From a bacterium (GTDB lineage: Archaea > Thermoplasmatota > E2 > JACPAO01 > JAHFTW01), in NCBI GenBank assembly GCA_040390065.1, contig JAZJZE010000002.1, positions 32,931 through 96,930 of the forward strand: a stretch of 64,000 nucleotides of DNA, written 5' to 3'. Under the pieces are notes generated by a model. That model had not been told where the DNA came from and ran no database searches. It worked only from the letters and a program-made list of their open reading frames with translations. Shown piece by piece: positions 26,892 to 35,845 of this stretch. Positions within the stretch are counted from its first letter, which is position 1, and every line of letters begins with the position of its first letter. The position numbers and the translations under genes are program-made.

Positions 26892-27835
26892 CCGTTCTGT
26901 CGAACCCGATCGTTCGCTTCGTCGCTCTGGGTGACGCCGGCACGGGCGAAGCCGACCAGTTCACCGTCGCGGCCGCCATCGCCAAGGTCTGCGCCGAGCG
27001 CGGCTGCGACTTCGCCGTCGGCCTCGGCGACAACATCTACGACGCGGGCGCCAGCTCGGACCGCGACCCGCAGTTCGACAGCAAGTTCGAGGTCCCCTAC
27101 GCGAACTTGGCGATGCCGTTCTGGATGGTCCTCGGCAACCACGACAACTCGCAAGACCCGGCGGCAAGCGGCGCAACGGGGGGCCTTGGTCTGTGGTACT
27201 CGGCCGGCAACAACGAGGTCGCGTACGGCAAGCGCACGGACACGTCGGGCAAGTGGCACATGCCGGCGCGATACTACACCTTCACGCAGGGACCCGCCGC
27301 CTTCGTCGCCCTCGACACGAACACGCTCTTGTTCGACGATGTTCCGGTGCCGCCTGGCCAGGCCGCAGAGGTGCAGGCGCAGACGAAGTGGGTCGACGGC
27401 GCCATCGCGGCTCTGCCGGCCAACACCACTTGGCGCATCGCCATCGGCCACCACGGCTACCTCTCGAACGGCCCGCACGGCAACGCGGGGGCCTACGACG
27501 GGCGCGCCGGCGTGCCGGGCCAATCGGGCGACTACACGAAGCAGTTCTTCGAAGCGCACGTCTGCGACAAGGTGGACCTGTACCTCTTCGGCCACGACCA
27601 CGACTTGCAATGGCTCGACGCAGTGGCGCCTTGCGGAAGGACGCAGTTCATCGGCTCCGGAGCGGGCGGCGCCGGCACGTACGAGTTGGTGGGCACGAAC
27701 GCCGGCCGTTTCCAGGCCAGCGAGCACGGCTTCTGGTACTTCGAAGTCGACGCCAAGAATGTCTACGCGACCGCCTACGATGCCGACGGCAAGATCCTGT
27801 ACACGGGCGTCATCTCGAAGCACCTTGCCGCGTGA
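26804..27835 (+). CDS. secreted calcineurin-like metallophosphoesterase (purple-acid-phosphatase/PhoD-like)
   Basis: Signal/lipobox LLLILLPACLG. Metallophosphatase motifs GDAGTG, GDNIY, GNHDN, GHHG, GHDHDLQ. Confidence 0.7.
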   Translation: MRRAAGLALLLILLPACLGPATTTSTSTSPVLSNPIVRFVALGDAGTGEADQFTVAAAIAKVCAERGCDFAVGLGDNIYDAGASSDRDPQFDSKFEVPYANLAMPFWMVLGNHDNSQDPAASGATGGLGLWYSAGNNEVAYGKRTDTSGKWHMPARYYTFTQGPAAFVALDTNTLLFDDVPVPPGQAAEVQAQTKWVDGAIAALPANTTWRIAIGHHGYLSNGPHGNAGAYDGRAGVPGQSGDYTKQFFEAHVCDKVDLYLFGHDHDLQWLDAVAPCGRTQFIGSGAGGAGTYELVGTNAGRFQASEHGFWYFEVDAKNVYATAYDADGKILYTGVISKHLAA

Positions 27836-27999
27836 CGCCTCGAGCCATCCCGCCGCCACCCGTTCCGCTTAAGTGGGACACTCCCGTCGTCGCAATCCCG
27901 CCACCGCACTGCGATGGCGGCCCGGCGCAAGGCGGGGACTAGGTGAGGGAGTAGGCGCCCCTCTTCGTGCAAGTCTACATGGCGCGACCGAACCCCTGT

Positions 28000-28345
28000 C
28001 GTGGCGCCCGGGGTCCGCTGCAAGCCCTCGTCTTACGGTGAAACCTCGTCCCCCGAGGTCGGCGGTGGCAGGAAACGTCCCGGAAGGGACGCCGAATGCC
28101 TTCGCTGCGGGGACCGGGTCAGGCCCGGAAGGGAGCAGCCTTACCGCAAACGACCGACGTTTGGGGGGGCGCGGGGTGGAGAACAACGAGGGATCCAAAC
28201 TTGCACGGGTTCCGTGGCCGTCGCGGCAGGATCGTCCCCGCCCGCTAAAGGGCCTGCCGGGGAATGTAAACCCCTCACGGAGTATCGAACATGTTCATGC
28301 TGGGCGAATACGCGCCGGTGGACAATGCCGCCCCGCGCCGCAACG
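28000..28345 (+). ncRNA. ffs: signal recognition particle RNA (7S/SRP RNA), archaeal type with helix 6 and helix 8
   Basis: Helix-8 signature GGUCAGGCCCGGAAGGGAGCAGCC at 28116-28140 (compare universal GUCAGGUCCGGAAGGAAGCAGC). Perfect GGAA-tetraloop hairpin ACGUCCCGGAAGGGACG at 28075-28091 in the helix-6 position. Alu-like 5-prime part with GGUGAAAC and UCCCCCGAGG loops. 5-prime GUGGCGC..GGGG can pair with 3-prime CCCCGCGCCGC at 28331-28341. Lies in a 557-bp gene-free gap. Ends are approximate. Confidence 0.6.
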
Positions 28346-28392
28346 CTTAACATAGCACGCAGGCTAAAGTCAATTCCTCCCTGGCGATTTCC

Positions 28393-28629
28393 ATGGTCCT
28401 CCTCCGCTGTGCAAAGTGTGGTTCCGATGCCGGTTTCCTCATCGAGACGTCCGACCGCAAGACGCTCGAAGTGAAGGGCAAGCTCCCCATGGAGCGCATC
28501 CTCAAGACCGTCCTCGTCACCTGCGTCTACTGCAACAACCGCTGGGACCACGTCCCGGTCATCGTGACCGACCCCTCCATCGACGAGAAGGTCAGCGCCC
28601 CTCGCAAAGACCGCGAACTGCTCAACTGA
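28393..28629 (+). CDS. small zinc-ribbon protein (CxxC...CxxC)
   Basis: 78 aa. CAKCG ... CVYCNNRW. Good GC3. Follows a TTAACATA-like A/T element about 40 nt upstream. Confidence 0.45.
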   Translation: MVLLRCAKCGSDAGFLIETSDRKTLEVKGKLPMERILKTVLVTCVYCNNRWDHVPVIVTDPSIDEKVSAPRKDRELLN

Positions 28630-28631
28630 GT

Positions 28632-28760
28632 GGGTATTCCGCAGAATCCCTCCGGTCGGTCATCCATCTGGAGACTCGCAGATTGACTTCACCCGCTTAG
28701 TCAGTCGGCGGAATCTGCTCCCAGTCCGTGCCATTGCAAGACGTGCAAGCGTTCACCAGG
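28632..28760. repeat. left copy of about 125-bp inverted repeat (35-bp core GGGTATTCCGCAGAATCCCTCCGGTCGGTCATCCA perfect); partner at 34205-34328
   Basis: Reverse complement of 28632-28666 is identical to 34294-34328. Flanking about 90 bp match imperfectly (GGAGCAGATTCCGCCGA, TCAATCTGCG). Confidence 0.8.
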
Positions 28761-28817
28761 ACGATGCCGGGGATGTCGGCGAAATCCGCGGATGAGTCGT
28801 CGCGACGAGCGCCCACC

Positions 28818-29897
28818 TCAACGGGCAAGCGCCAGTTCGTCCCCGAACTCCTTCAGCATCTTGATGCCGTGCACGTCGCGGCGCCGTAGCGGCACGAGCA
28901 CCTGCGGCACCTTCGGCAGGCGGCGTTCGAGTTCGGCGATGTGTTCAAGGTTCATGGCGCGGCGCACGCGCCCGAATTCCGTTGCGGCGACGAGGGCCTC
29001 GACGAATTCCGGCTTGGTCTGCGTCGCCGCCGAAGCGGACTTGGCAAAGGCTGCCCTTGCCTCGGCGTCGCCGGCCAAATGCGTGAAGGCTCCATCGAAC
29101 CCGGCGACGGGATCCGGTTGCACCTTGTTGACGACGACGAGGCGGACGTGCATGCCGAGTCCGGTGACCGCCGCGTGCAGTTCGCAGGTCTCCTCGACCG
29201 GCAGTTTCTCGGGCAGGCACACGAGGACGAGGGCCGAGTGCTTGGGATCCGTCAGGAAGGCGCGGATGCGCTTTGCCTCCTCGGCGATGTCCCCGAACAC
29301 CTTCTCGAAGTCGACGTCGGGTGGTGGCGCCCGCTTGGCCTCGCGCTTCACGACGTTTTGCATGCGGCGTGCGGCTCCCGACAGTTTCTGCCAGACCGCG
29401 TAGCCCTTCACGGCCCACTTGAGCAGGCTTCGATCGGAGACGAGTTCCTCGATGGCCGCCGGTGCGGACAGGAACGACAGCGCGTGGCCCGTCGGCGCCG
29501 TGTCGACGACGATGACGTCGTAGGCGTTCTCGCGGCGCAGGTCGTTGAGCTTGCCGATGGCCATGAGTTCGTTGAGGCCAGGCAGGGCGCGCGTCGCCTG
29601 CTTGAACAACGGGTGGTCGGTCACCTGGACGCCCGGGAGTTCGCGCGCGAAGTGCTCTCGTACCACGGATTCGGGGTCGAGCATCAGCGCAGTGAGGTTG
29701 GGCTGCACCGGCGTGGCCACGAAACCGACCGGGACGCCCAGCGAGTCCTGTAGCCGCTTGGCGGGGTCGACCGTGACGAGCATGGTCTTGCGGCCGTCGC
29801 GGGCAAACCGCAGGGCCAGGGCCGCAGAACACGTGGTCTTGCCCACGCCCCCCTTGCCAGCCACGATGACGAGGTTGCGGCCGTCCAGCTCCTTCAC
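28818..29897 (-). CDS. arsA: ArsA/GET3-family P-loop ATPase
   Basis: GKGGVGKTT P-loop, DTAPTGHALSFL signature. 359 aa. Confidence 0.85.
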   Translation of the reverse strand: MKELDGRNLVIVAGKGGVGKTTCSAALALRFARDGRKTMLVTVDPAKRLQDSLGVPVGFVATPVQPNLTALMLDPESVVREHFARELPGVQVTDHPLFKQATRALPGLNELMAIGKLNDLRRENAYDVIVVDTAPTGHALSFLSAPAAIEELVSDRSLLKWAVKGYAVWQKLSGAARRMQNVVKREAKRAPPPDVDFEKVFGDIAEEAKRIRAFLTDPKHSALVLVCLPEKLPVEETCELHAAVTGLGMHVRLVVVNKVQPDPVAGFDGAFTHLAGDAEARAAFAKSASAATQTKPEFVEALVAATEFGRVRRAMNLEHIAELERRLPKVPQVLVPLRRRDVHGIKMLKEFGDELALAR

Positions 29898-29939
29898 GGC
29901 GCCGCGATGGGCACCGACCGGATAGCAATGACGGCGACG

Positions 29940-31817
29940 TCAGGCCCGCCGACGCATGACGGCGACGACGACTCCGGCTCCGGCGAGAAGACCGACGCCC
30001 GATGCCAGCAGGATGCCGGCAAGGCTGCCGGTCGCCGCCTGGGCGGCCGGGCTGCCCGCAACAGTCTTGTCGAGCGGGCGGGCGCCTTCGCTTGGCGCCG
30101 CGCCGTCGCGGTACGTGAAGATGCTGCAGGCGTCGCCGGCGGCGTCGAGGTCCGAGTTCTCCTGCAGCGGGTTGCGGATTTGCGGGCAGTTGTCCGTCGC
30201 GTCGGGCACGAGGTCCCCGTCCCGATCGTCGTCGCACGCGTCGCCCATGGCGTCCCCGTCGAGGTTCTCCTGGTCTGCGTTGGAAACGGCCGCACAGTCG
30301 TCCGCGGCGTTCACGATGCCGTCGTTGTCGGCGTCCGCATCGCACGCGTCGCCCAGCAAGTCGTCGTCGGCGTCCGTCTGTGATGGGTTGGCATCCAGCG
30401 GGCAGTTGTCGACACGGTCGATCCAGCCGTCGCCGTCGGAGTCGGCGCCGGCCACTTGGTCGTCCACGCCGTCATGCGGCGGACGCGGCGCTTGGCCATT
30501 GTCCTGGGAGATGGTTCTCGGGATGCACATGGTTCCCTCCGTCGCGACCACTTGCGACGTGTGCGTCGAGGTCATTCCGTTCTCGACCGTGACGGTCTCC
30601 GTGACTGTGTATTGGCCCGGCTGCGCGTACTGGTGCGTCGGGCTCGGGTCCGTGCTCGTGGCACCGTCGCCGAAGTCCCACGCCCAGCCCGTGATGTTGT
30701 ACGTGCCGCCTGCGGACTGGTCCGCAAAGGAGACCGGATGCGGGCCACACGTCCCCGAGGAACTCGTCGCCTTGAAGCGAGCCGCCGGCGGGATGGGGGG
30801 CGGCGGGGGCGGCGGGACCCCGAGTTGCGAGAAGCGCGTGTTGTGCGCGGCGTAGACCGATTCATGGGCCGGGATGCTGAAACTCCAGCTCAACCCCGCG
30901 CCGGAGTCGAGGTTGGTCGAACACGTGCACGTGTCGGGGAAGGGCAGGTGCAGGCCGATCTGGCGCCAGACGGTGCTGTAGAAGTCCTCCATGTAGTTCG
31001 AGCCGGCCGTGAGCGGCACCCATTGTTCGATGCGGCCGTTGGGCGTATTGTCGACGTTGACGCTGCAGCCGATTGCGCCCTTGGGTTGGCCTTTGAAGCC
31101 GTTGCTTGCATCGCTTACCTGGAGGAAGCAGTCGCCGGCGCGGTACAGGATGATGGTCCGGGCGCTGTCCGTCGGGTTGTCGACCGTCACGTTCGTGGTG
31201 TAGAAGTCGTTGCCCGAGACGTACGTGTCGACCTCGGTGACGACCATGCCCGTGCTGCCCACCGCGACAACCGTCGTGGCCGAATTGGTGACCGGCGCAG
31301 TCCCCGAGGACGGGCCGCCGAGGCCGCCGAGGCTGTCGGAGGTCTGCGACTGCGAGATGGGAGTAAACGCGCGGTAGCCACCGATGGACCACGTGGCCGA
31401 CGAGTGACTTGCCTCGTTCGGGGCGTACAGCGTCGTCCCATCCCAGAGGAACGTGCCGCAATCGCCGGGCTTGACGGTCGGCGAGTACATCTCGAACTGG
31501 TTGTCGCCCTGGCGCGCAATCTGGCAGCCGAGTTCGTTGCCGATCCAGACGTCGATCAGCGGCCCGGCGCCGGGGAGCGTCGGCAGTTGATTGGAGTTGA
31601 TCATCTGCGGGCCTTGGTAGCCGATGTCGACGCAGGGCACCGAGCAGCATGGGTTCATGCAACTCGTCACGTTGGCCTGGGCGGGGGGCGTCCCGTTGAA
31701 CGAGGCGGTCAACGCGGCGAGGCAGACGACGGCGAGGAGGGCGCGCGTGAAGCGTTGTGCGTCCCAGCTCGTCGGAGCGTCCGCCGCCTCATCCACCCAA
31801 CCAACCCAATCCCGCAC
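29940..31817 (-). CDS. secreted surface protein: N-terminal domain plus PKD domain plus TSP3 repeats plus C-terminal TM anchor with basic tail
   Basis: Signal (RALLAVVCLAALTASFNGTPPAQA). PKD (WDFGDGATSTDPSPTHQYAQPGQYTVTETV). TSP3 repeats (DSDGDGWIDRVDNCPLDANPSQTDADDDLLGDACDADADNDGIVNAADDCAAVSNADQENLDGDAMGDACDDDRDGDLVPDATDNCPQIRNPLQENSDLDAAGDAC). C-terminal TM plus MRRRA. Track start is GTG. A TATA-like CTTATAC lies about 27 nt upstream, so the transcript may be leaderless. Confidence 0.7.
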   Translation of the reverse strand: MRDWVGWVDEAADAPTSWDAQRFTRALLAVVCLAALTASFNGTPPAQANVTSCMNPCCSVPCVDIGYQGPQMINSNQLPTLPGAGPLIDVWIGNELGCQIARQGDNQFEMYSPTVKPGDCGTFLWDGTTLYAPNEASHSSATWSIGGYRAFTPISQSQTSDSLGGLGGPSSGTAPVTNSATTVVAVGSTGMVVTEVDTYVSGNDFYTTNVTVDNPTDSARTIILYRAGDCFLQVSDASNGFKGQPKGAIGCSVNVDNTPNGRIEQWVPLTAGSNYMEDFYSTVWRQIGLHLPFPDTCTCSTNLDSGAGLSWSFSIPAHESVYAAHNTRFSQLGVPPPPPPPIPPAARFKATSSSGTCGPHPVSFADQSAGGTYNITGWAWDFGDGATSTDPSPTHQYAQPGQYTVTETVTVENGMTSTHTSQVVATEGTMCIPRTISQDNGQAPRPPHDGVDDQVAGADSDGDGWIDRVDNCPLDANPSQTDADDDLLGDACDADADNDGIVNAADDCAAVSNADQENLDGDAMGDACDDDRDGDLVPDATDNCPQIRNPLQENSDLDAAGDACSIFTYRDGAAPSEGARPLDKTVAGSPAAQAATGSLAGILLASGVGLLAGAGVVVAVMRRRA

Positions 31818-31849
31818 ACTGCGCCCACGGGTTTGCGGGTATAAGAGTC

Positions 31850-32599
31850 ATGGCCCGCGATGCCCACCTGTCGAGCGGCGAGACCGGAGAGTTCGCGCGA
31901 CGGGCCAAGGCGCACTTCCATCAACGCGGACCGGCTCACAAGGGTGTGCCGCGTTCCCAACACGCCGTCTGGGAGGTGATTGCGGCATCGTTCGACCGGA
32001 GCCGGACGCGCACCTGGCCGCATGTCCACGCATTCGTGGCAGGCCTGCCGGCCGAATCTCGTGTCCTGGACCTCATGGCCGGCAACGGCCGCCACACCAC
32101 CGTCATCACGGCCGCCGGCCACCAAGCGACTTGGCTCGACTGGAGCCGGCCCGCCGCGCGCATCGCAGCGGCAAGGAACCGCCCAGCCCACATCGTCGTC
32201 GGCGACGCGGCGGCGCTCCCCTTTGCCGACCATTCCTTCGATGCCGCCATCGTCGTCGCCGGCCTGCACTCGCTGCCGTCTGCCGCGGGGCGCCTCCAGG
32301 CCTTGCAGGAACTCGGCCGCGTCCTTGCCCCGCAAGGCACGGCGCAAGTGACCGTCTGGAGCCGGGACGCGCCGCGGTTTTCCACGCTGGGCGCTCCCGG
32401 CGATGAACTCGACGTCGAGCTTCCTTGGCGTAGCGACGGTCACGACGAGACCCGTTCGTACCACTTGTACACCGACGGTGCGCTGCGCCGCGATTGCACG
32501 GCCGCGGGACTCGTCGTGCGCAGCATGGCGGACGTCACGATCCTGGGACGTGGCGGCCCCGACAACCTCGTCGCCGTCGTTGCGCCTGCCCCGTCGTGA
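31850..32599 (+). CDS. class I SAM-dependent methyltransferase
   Basis: Motif I VLDLMAGNGRHT. Post-I acidic residue. IVVGDAAALPF, AIVVAGLHSL. Start taken at the first ATG (31850), with the upstream extension assumed to be a high-GC artefact. Confidence 0.65.
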   Translation: MARDAHLSSGETGEFARRAKAHFHQRGPAHKGVPRSQHAVWEVIAASFDRSRTRTWPHVHAFVAGLPAESRVLDLMAGNGRHTTVITAAGHQATWLDWSRPAARIAAARNRPAHIVVGDAAALPFADHSFDAAIVVAGLHSLPSAAGRLQALQELGRVLAPQGTAQVTVWSRDAPRFSTLGAPGDELDVELPWRSDGHDETRSYHLYTDGALRRDCTAAGLVVRSMADVTILGRGGPDNLVAVVAPAPS

Positions 32600-32656
32600 G
32601 ACCCCCTCAGGCCGTCGCCGACAAGAGTTATCCGGCGCCCGCCGTGTCGCCGCGGC

Positions 32657-34141
32657 ATGCGCGCAGTTTCGGCCGTCGCCCTGCTTGCCCTCATGACCCT
32701 GGCCGGATGCACGAGCACCGAGGCGCCGCCGTCGCAGCCGCCCACGGCGCCCATGCCGACCGAGCATGGCGGGATGCTACGCACCTTCGCCGGCAACGAC
32801 ACCGTCGTGACACCTGCAGAATTCGCCGGCCTCGGCCTTGCGGTCCGGTCGACGCACCACCGCGGCGGCGAACCCAACATCGGCATCACCTCGGACGGCG
32901 CCATGTACGTCACGGCCGGCCCCGGCGTCGAGCGCTCCAACGACCTGGGGCTCACCTGGACCGAGGTGTTCAACCTCACGACGTTCTGGGGACCTGCGTA
33001 CAACCCCGAGCCGACGGGAACCGTATACGGCCTGGAGCGCTCGAGCGACGACATGCTATGGGTCGACACCGACACGGACCGGATCTTTGCCGACTTCATG
33101 ACCGGGCTGTACTGCAGCAAGCTGTACTACTCGGACGACGGCGGCGCGTCCTGGATTCCCAGCCCAATCGACTGCGGCGTGCCCGTCAACGACCACCAGA
33201 AGGTCGCCACAGGACATTATGGGCCCGACGTGCCCGTGCCCCTCAACCCGGTGTACCCGAATCTGGTCTACTACTGCTACAACAAGCTCGCGGCCTCCAG
33301 TTGCGCGGTCAGCCACGATGGCGGCCTCACCTTCAACTACGACCGCGCCGCGACCATCGCGACGACCCCGCAGCCCGATGATCCCCTGACGGTCCAGGGT
33401 CCATGCGGCGGCATCAACGGCCACCCCGCAGCCGCGCCGGACGGCACGTTGTACCTCCCGCTGAACCTGGGCTGCCCCGGCCCCGTCGTCGCCGTGTCCA
33501 CCAACAACGGCCTGTCCTACGTCAACCGCGTCGGCCCCACCGAGCACGGCGCCGAGGAAATCGACCCCGATGTCACGGTAACGCCGGACGGCACGGCCTA
33601 CATGCAATACCGTGGCTCCGACCACCTGCAGTATCTCGTGCGCAGCAAGGACCGCTTCCAGAGCTTCCAGGGACCTTGGCGAGTCTCGCCGCCCGACCTG
33701 CGCTCCACCGTCTTTGCCGGCATCACCTCGGGCGACGACGGGCGCATCGCCATGGCTTACCTTGGCACGCGCGACACGGACAAGGAGCCCTCCCTGGCAC
33801 CCAACGAGACGCGCTGGCACCTGTTCGAGACGTTGAGCTTCGACGCCGGCAACGCGACGCCGACCTTCACCACCGTGCAAGCCACGATGGACGACAGCCC
33901 CGTGCAGATCGGATGCGTTTGGCTCAATGGCGGCGGCAATCCGTGCCGCAACATGCTGGACTTCATCGACATGACGCACACTCCGGACGGGCGCCCCGTC
34001 GTGGTCTTCAGCGACGGCTGCACGGCGGGCTGCGACGGCAACCTCAACGCCACCAACAAGGACAGCCGTGGCCGGACCATCACGGTCGCGGCACTGCAGT
34101 CGGGGCCCAGCCTGCTGGCGTCGAAGGGCCGCTTCGACTGA
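32657..34141 (+). CDS. secreted BNR/Asp-box repeat (sialidase-like beta-propeller) lipoprotein
   Basis: Lipobox LALMTLAGC. BNR motifs YYSDDGGASW, SHDGGLTF, STNNGLSY. Multiple NxS/T sequons. Confidence 0.6.
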   Translation: MRAVSAVALLALMTLAGCTSTEAPPSQPPTAPMPTEHGGMLRTFAGNDTVVTPAEFAGLGLAVRSTHHRGGEPNIGITSDGAMYVTAGPGVERSNDLGLTWTEVFNLTTFWGPAYNPEPTGTVYGLERSSDDMLWVDTDTDRIFADFMTGLYCSKLYYSDDGGASWIPSPIDCGVPVNDHQKVATGHYGPDVPVPLNPVYPNLVYYCYNKLAASSCAVSHDGGLTFNYDRAATIATTPQPDDPLTVQGPCGGINGHPAAAPDGTLYLPLNLGCPGPVVAVSTNNGLSYVNRVGPTEHGAEEIDPDVTVTPDGTAYMQYRGSDHLQYLVRSKDRFQSFQGPWRVSPPDLRSTVFAGITSGDDGRIAMAYLGTRDTDKEPSLAPNETRWHLFETLSFDAGNATPTFTTVQATMDDSPVQIGCVWLNGGGNPCRNMLDFIDMTHTPDGRPVVVFSDGCTAGCDGNLNATNKDSRGRTITVAALQSGPSLLASKGRFD

Positions 34142-34204
34142 CTGGCGGCGCCTCCCCGCGACCAATCCACAGATTCCACTGAGGGGACTGACAATCTTGT
34201 CGGT

Positions 34205-34328
34205 CCAACGCATCAAACGTTGCAAACGCGCGGACGGGGAGCAGATTCCGCCGATTGGGTCAGCGGCTGTGGTCAATCTGCGGGGCATCCGGGTGGATGA
34301 CCGACCGGAGGGATTCTGCGGAATACCC
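34205..34328. repeat. right copy of about 125-bp inverted repeat (partner 28632-28760)
   Basis: See left copy. Lies between the BNR gene 3-prime end and the prs start. Confidence 0.8.
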
Positions 34329-34366
34329 GCCCAAACCCATTTCACGCCGGGGGGCCTGGCCCCATC

Positions 34367-35257
34367 GTGCCCTTCGTGCTTGCTGGCTCTGGCTCCCGGG
34401 TTTTCGCCGAGAGCCTCGCCCGCGAACTTGGCACGCCGTTGGCGCGCGCCGAAACCAAGCGGTTCCCGGACGGCGAAGGCCATGTCCGCATCCTCGACCC
34501 CGCCAAAGGCCGCGATGTGGTCATCGTCCAGGCGACGGCGCCGGACACCAACCTCGTCGAACTGCTGCTGTGGCAGGACGCGGCGCGCGAAGCCGGGGCC
34601 TCCAGCATCACGACGGTCATCCCCTACCTCGGGTACGCCCGCCAGGACCGCGTCTTCCTTCCCGGGGAGGCGGTCTCGAGCCGGGCTGCGGCGCGGGCCA
34701 TCGCGGGCAGCAGCGACCGCATCATCACCATCGACCCGCACAAGGAAGAATCCATGGCCTTCTTCGGCGGCAAGGCTGCCTCCGTTTCGGCCGTGCCGCA
34801 GCTTGCCGCCGTCTTGGCCTCTTGGGGCGTCGACACGGTGCTGGCCCCCGACAAGGGGGCTCGGGCCCGAGCCGAGTCCGCGGCGCACATCATGCATGCC
34901 CGCGTCGACCACCTCGAGAAGACCCGGCTGTCGGCGACGGAGGTCGTCATGCAGGCCAAAGACCTCGACGTGCGCGGTGCCCGCGTCGCCATCGTCGACG
35001 ACCTAATTGCATCGGGCGCCACCATGCTCACGGCCGCCCGGCAACTCAAGCAGGCGGGGGCCAAGGCGGTCTACGCCGCGTGCACGCACGGGCTGTTCAC
35101 CGGCGGCTCTCCGGCCAACCTCCTGTCGGATGGCATCGATCGCCTCCTCGTCACGGACACGGTGCCGGTCGCTTCGCCGCGGCCGACCGGCCTGGACATC
35201 GTGAGCGCAGCGCCGGCCGTCGCCCGCCTGCTGAAGGTCGCGCCTACGCCCGCGTAA
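34367..35257 (+). CDS. prs: ribose-phosphate pyrophosphokinase (PRPP synthetase)
   Basis: FSGSGSRVFAESLARELG, DGEGHVRI, VIVQAT, PYLGYARQDR, VAIVDDLIASGATM PRPP-binding loop. Confidence 0.85.
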   Translation: MPFVLAGSGSRVFAESLARELGTPLARAETKRFPDGEGHVRILDPAKGRDVVIVQATAPDTNLVELLLWQDAAREAGASSITTVIPYLGYARQDRVFLPGEAVSSRAAARAIAGSSDRIITIDPHKEESMAFFGGKAASVSAVPQLAAVLASWGVDTVLAPDKGARARAESAAHIMHARVDHLEKTRLSATEVVMQAKDLDVRGARVAIVDDLIASGATMLTAARQLKQAGAKAVYAACTHGLFTGGSPANLLSDGIDRLLVTDTVPVASPRPTGLDIVSAAPAVARLLKVAPTPA

Positions 35258-35750
35258 GCGTGCCGGCAACGACGGGGAAGTCCTGCTTGACGGGTTTTGC
35301 GTCGCCGGTCTTCACTCCGCCCATGCCCTTGCCCTCGAATGCGGCGTGGCCCTGGCCATCACCGACAACCGTGCCGCGGACCATGACGCGCATGCCGCCG
35401 CCTGCATCGCGGTGGCGGCATTCCATCGCCATCTTGGCGCCGCCGTCCGTCGCCGCGGGGTGCCCGTGCATTTTGGCGCGGCACATGGCGTCACCATCGT
35501 AGAGCGTGTTGCCCGAGGCGTCCTTCATCGTGACGTGCAGGGGGCTGCCGCGGGACTGGTCGCCCGTGATGGACAGGCGCCCATCCGGCGCCGACAGGTC
35601 GACGTGGTGGCCGGCCTGGCCGCCGGGGGCCGCATGTTGGCCGTCGCCACGGGGGCCACCGGGGGCACCGAGCGCAGGAGCCGCGAAGACGGCAAGGACA
35701 AGGATGGCGGCGGACAGGGCGCGAATCACGGTAGACACCTGCGCGGCCAT
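35244..35750 (-). CDS. small secreted His/Met-rich protein (possible metal/copper-binding)
   Basis: Signal peptide MAAQVSTVIRALSAAILVLAVFAAPALGA. Clusters MCRAKMHGHP, KMAMECRHRD, MRVMVRG. No family assigned. Confidence 0.4.
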   Translation of the reverse strand: MAAQVSTVIRALSAAILVLAVFAAPALGAPGGPRGDGQHAAPGGQAGHHVDLSAPDGRLSITGDQSRGSPLHVTMKDASGNTLYDGDAMCRAKMHGHPAATDGGAKMAMECRHRDAGGGMRVMVRGTVVGDGQGHAAFEGKGMGGVKTGDAKPVKQDFPVVAGTLTRA

Positions 35751-35845
35751 CTTTTCCCGACTATAAAGCCCTGGTCGGACGATGTTCGAACGGACGCGGG
35801 GCCGTCGCGACGAACCTCTTTACGGCAGGCCCGCGGTCCGGCCGC

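Noticed and set aside
28040-28300. Considered RNase P RNA for the structured region after the metallophosphatase gene
   Set aside because: Only loose resemblance to the GNAANNUCGGGC and AAACCCC..GGAG elements. The universal SRP helix-8 motif and helix-6 GGAA hairpin fit far better, so it was called SRP RNA.
28632-34328. Interpreting the inverted-repeat-bounded 5.5-kb segment as an IS or transposon
   Set aside because: No transposase, integrase or recombinase gene inside, and the enclosed arsA/GET3 is normally a core gene. Kept only as a structural observation.
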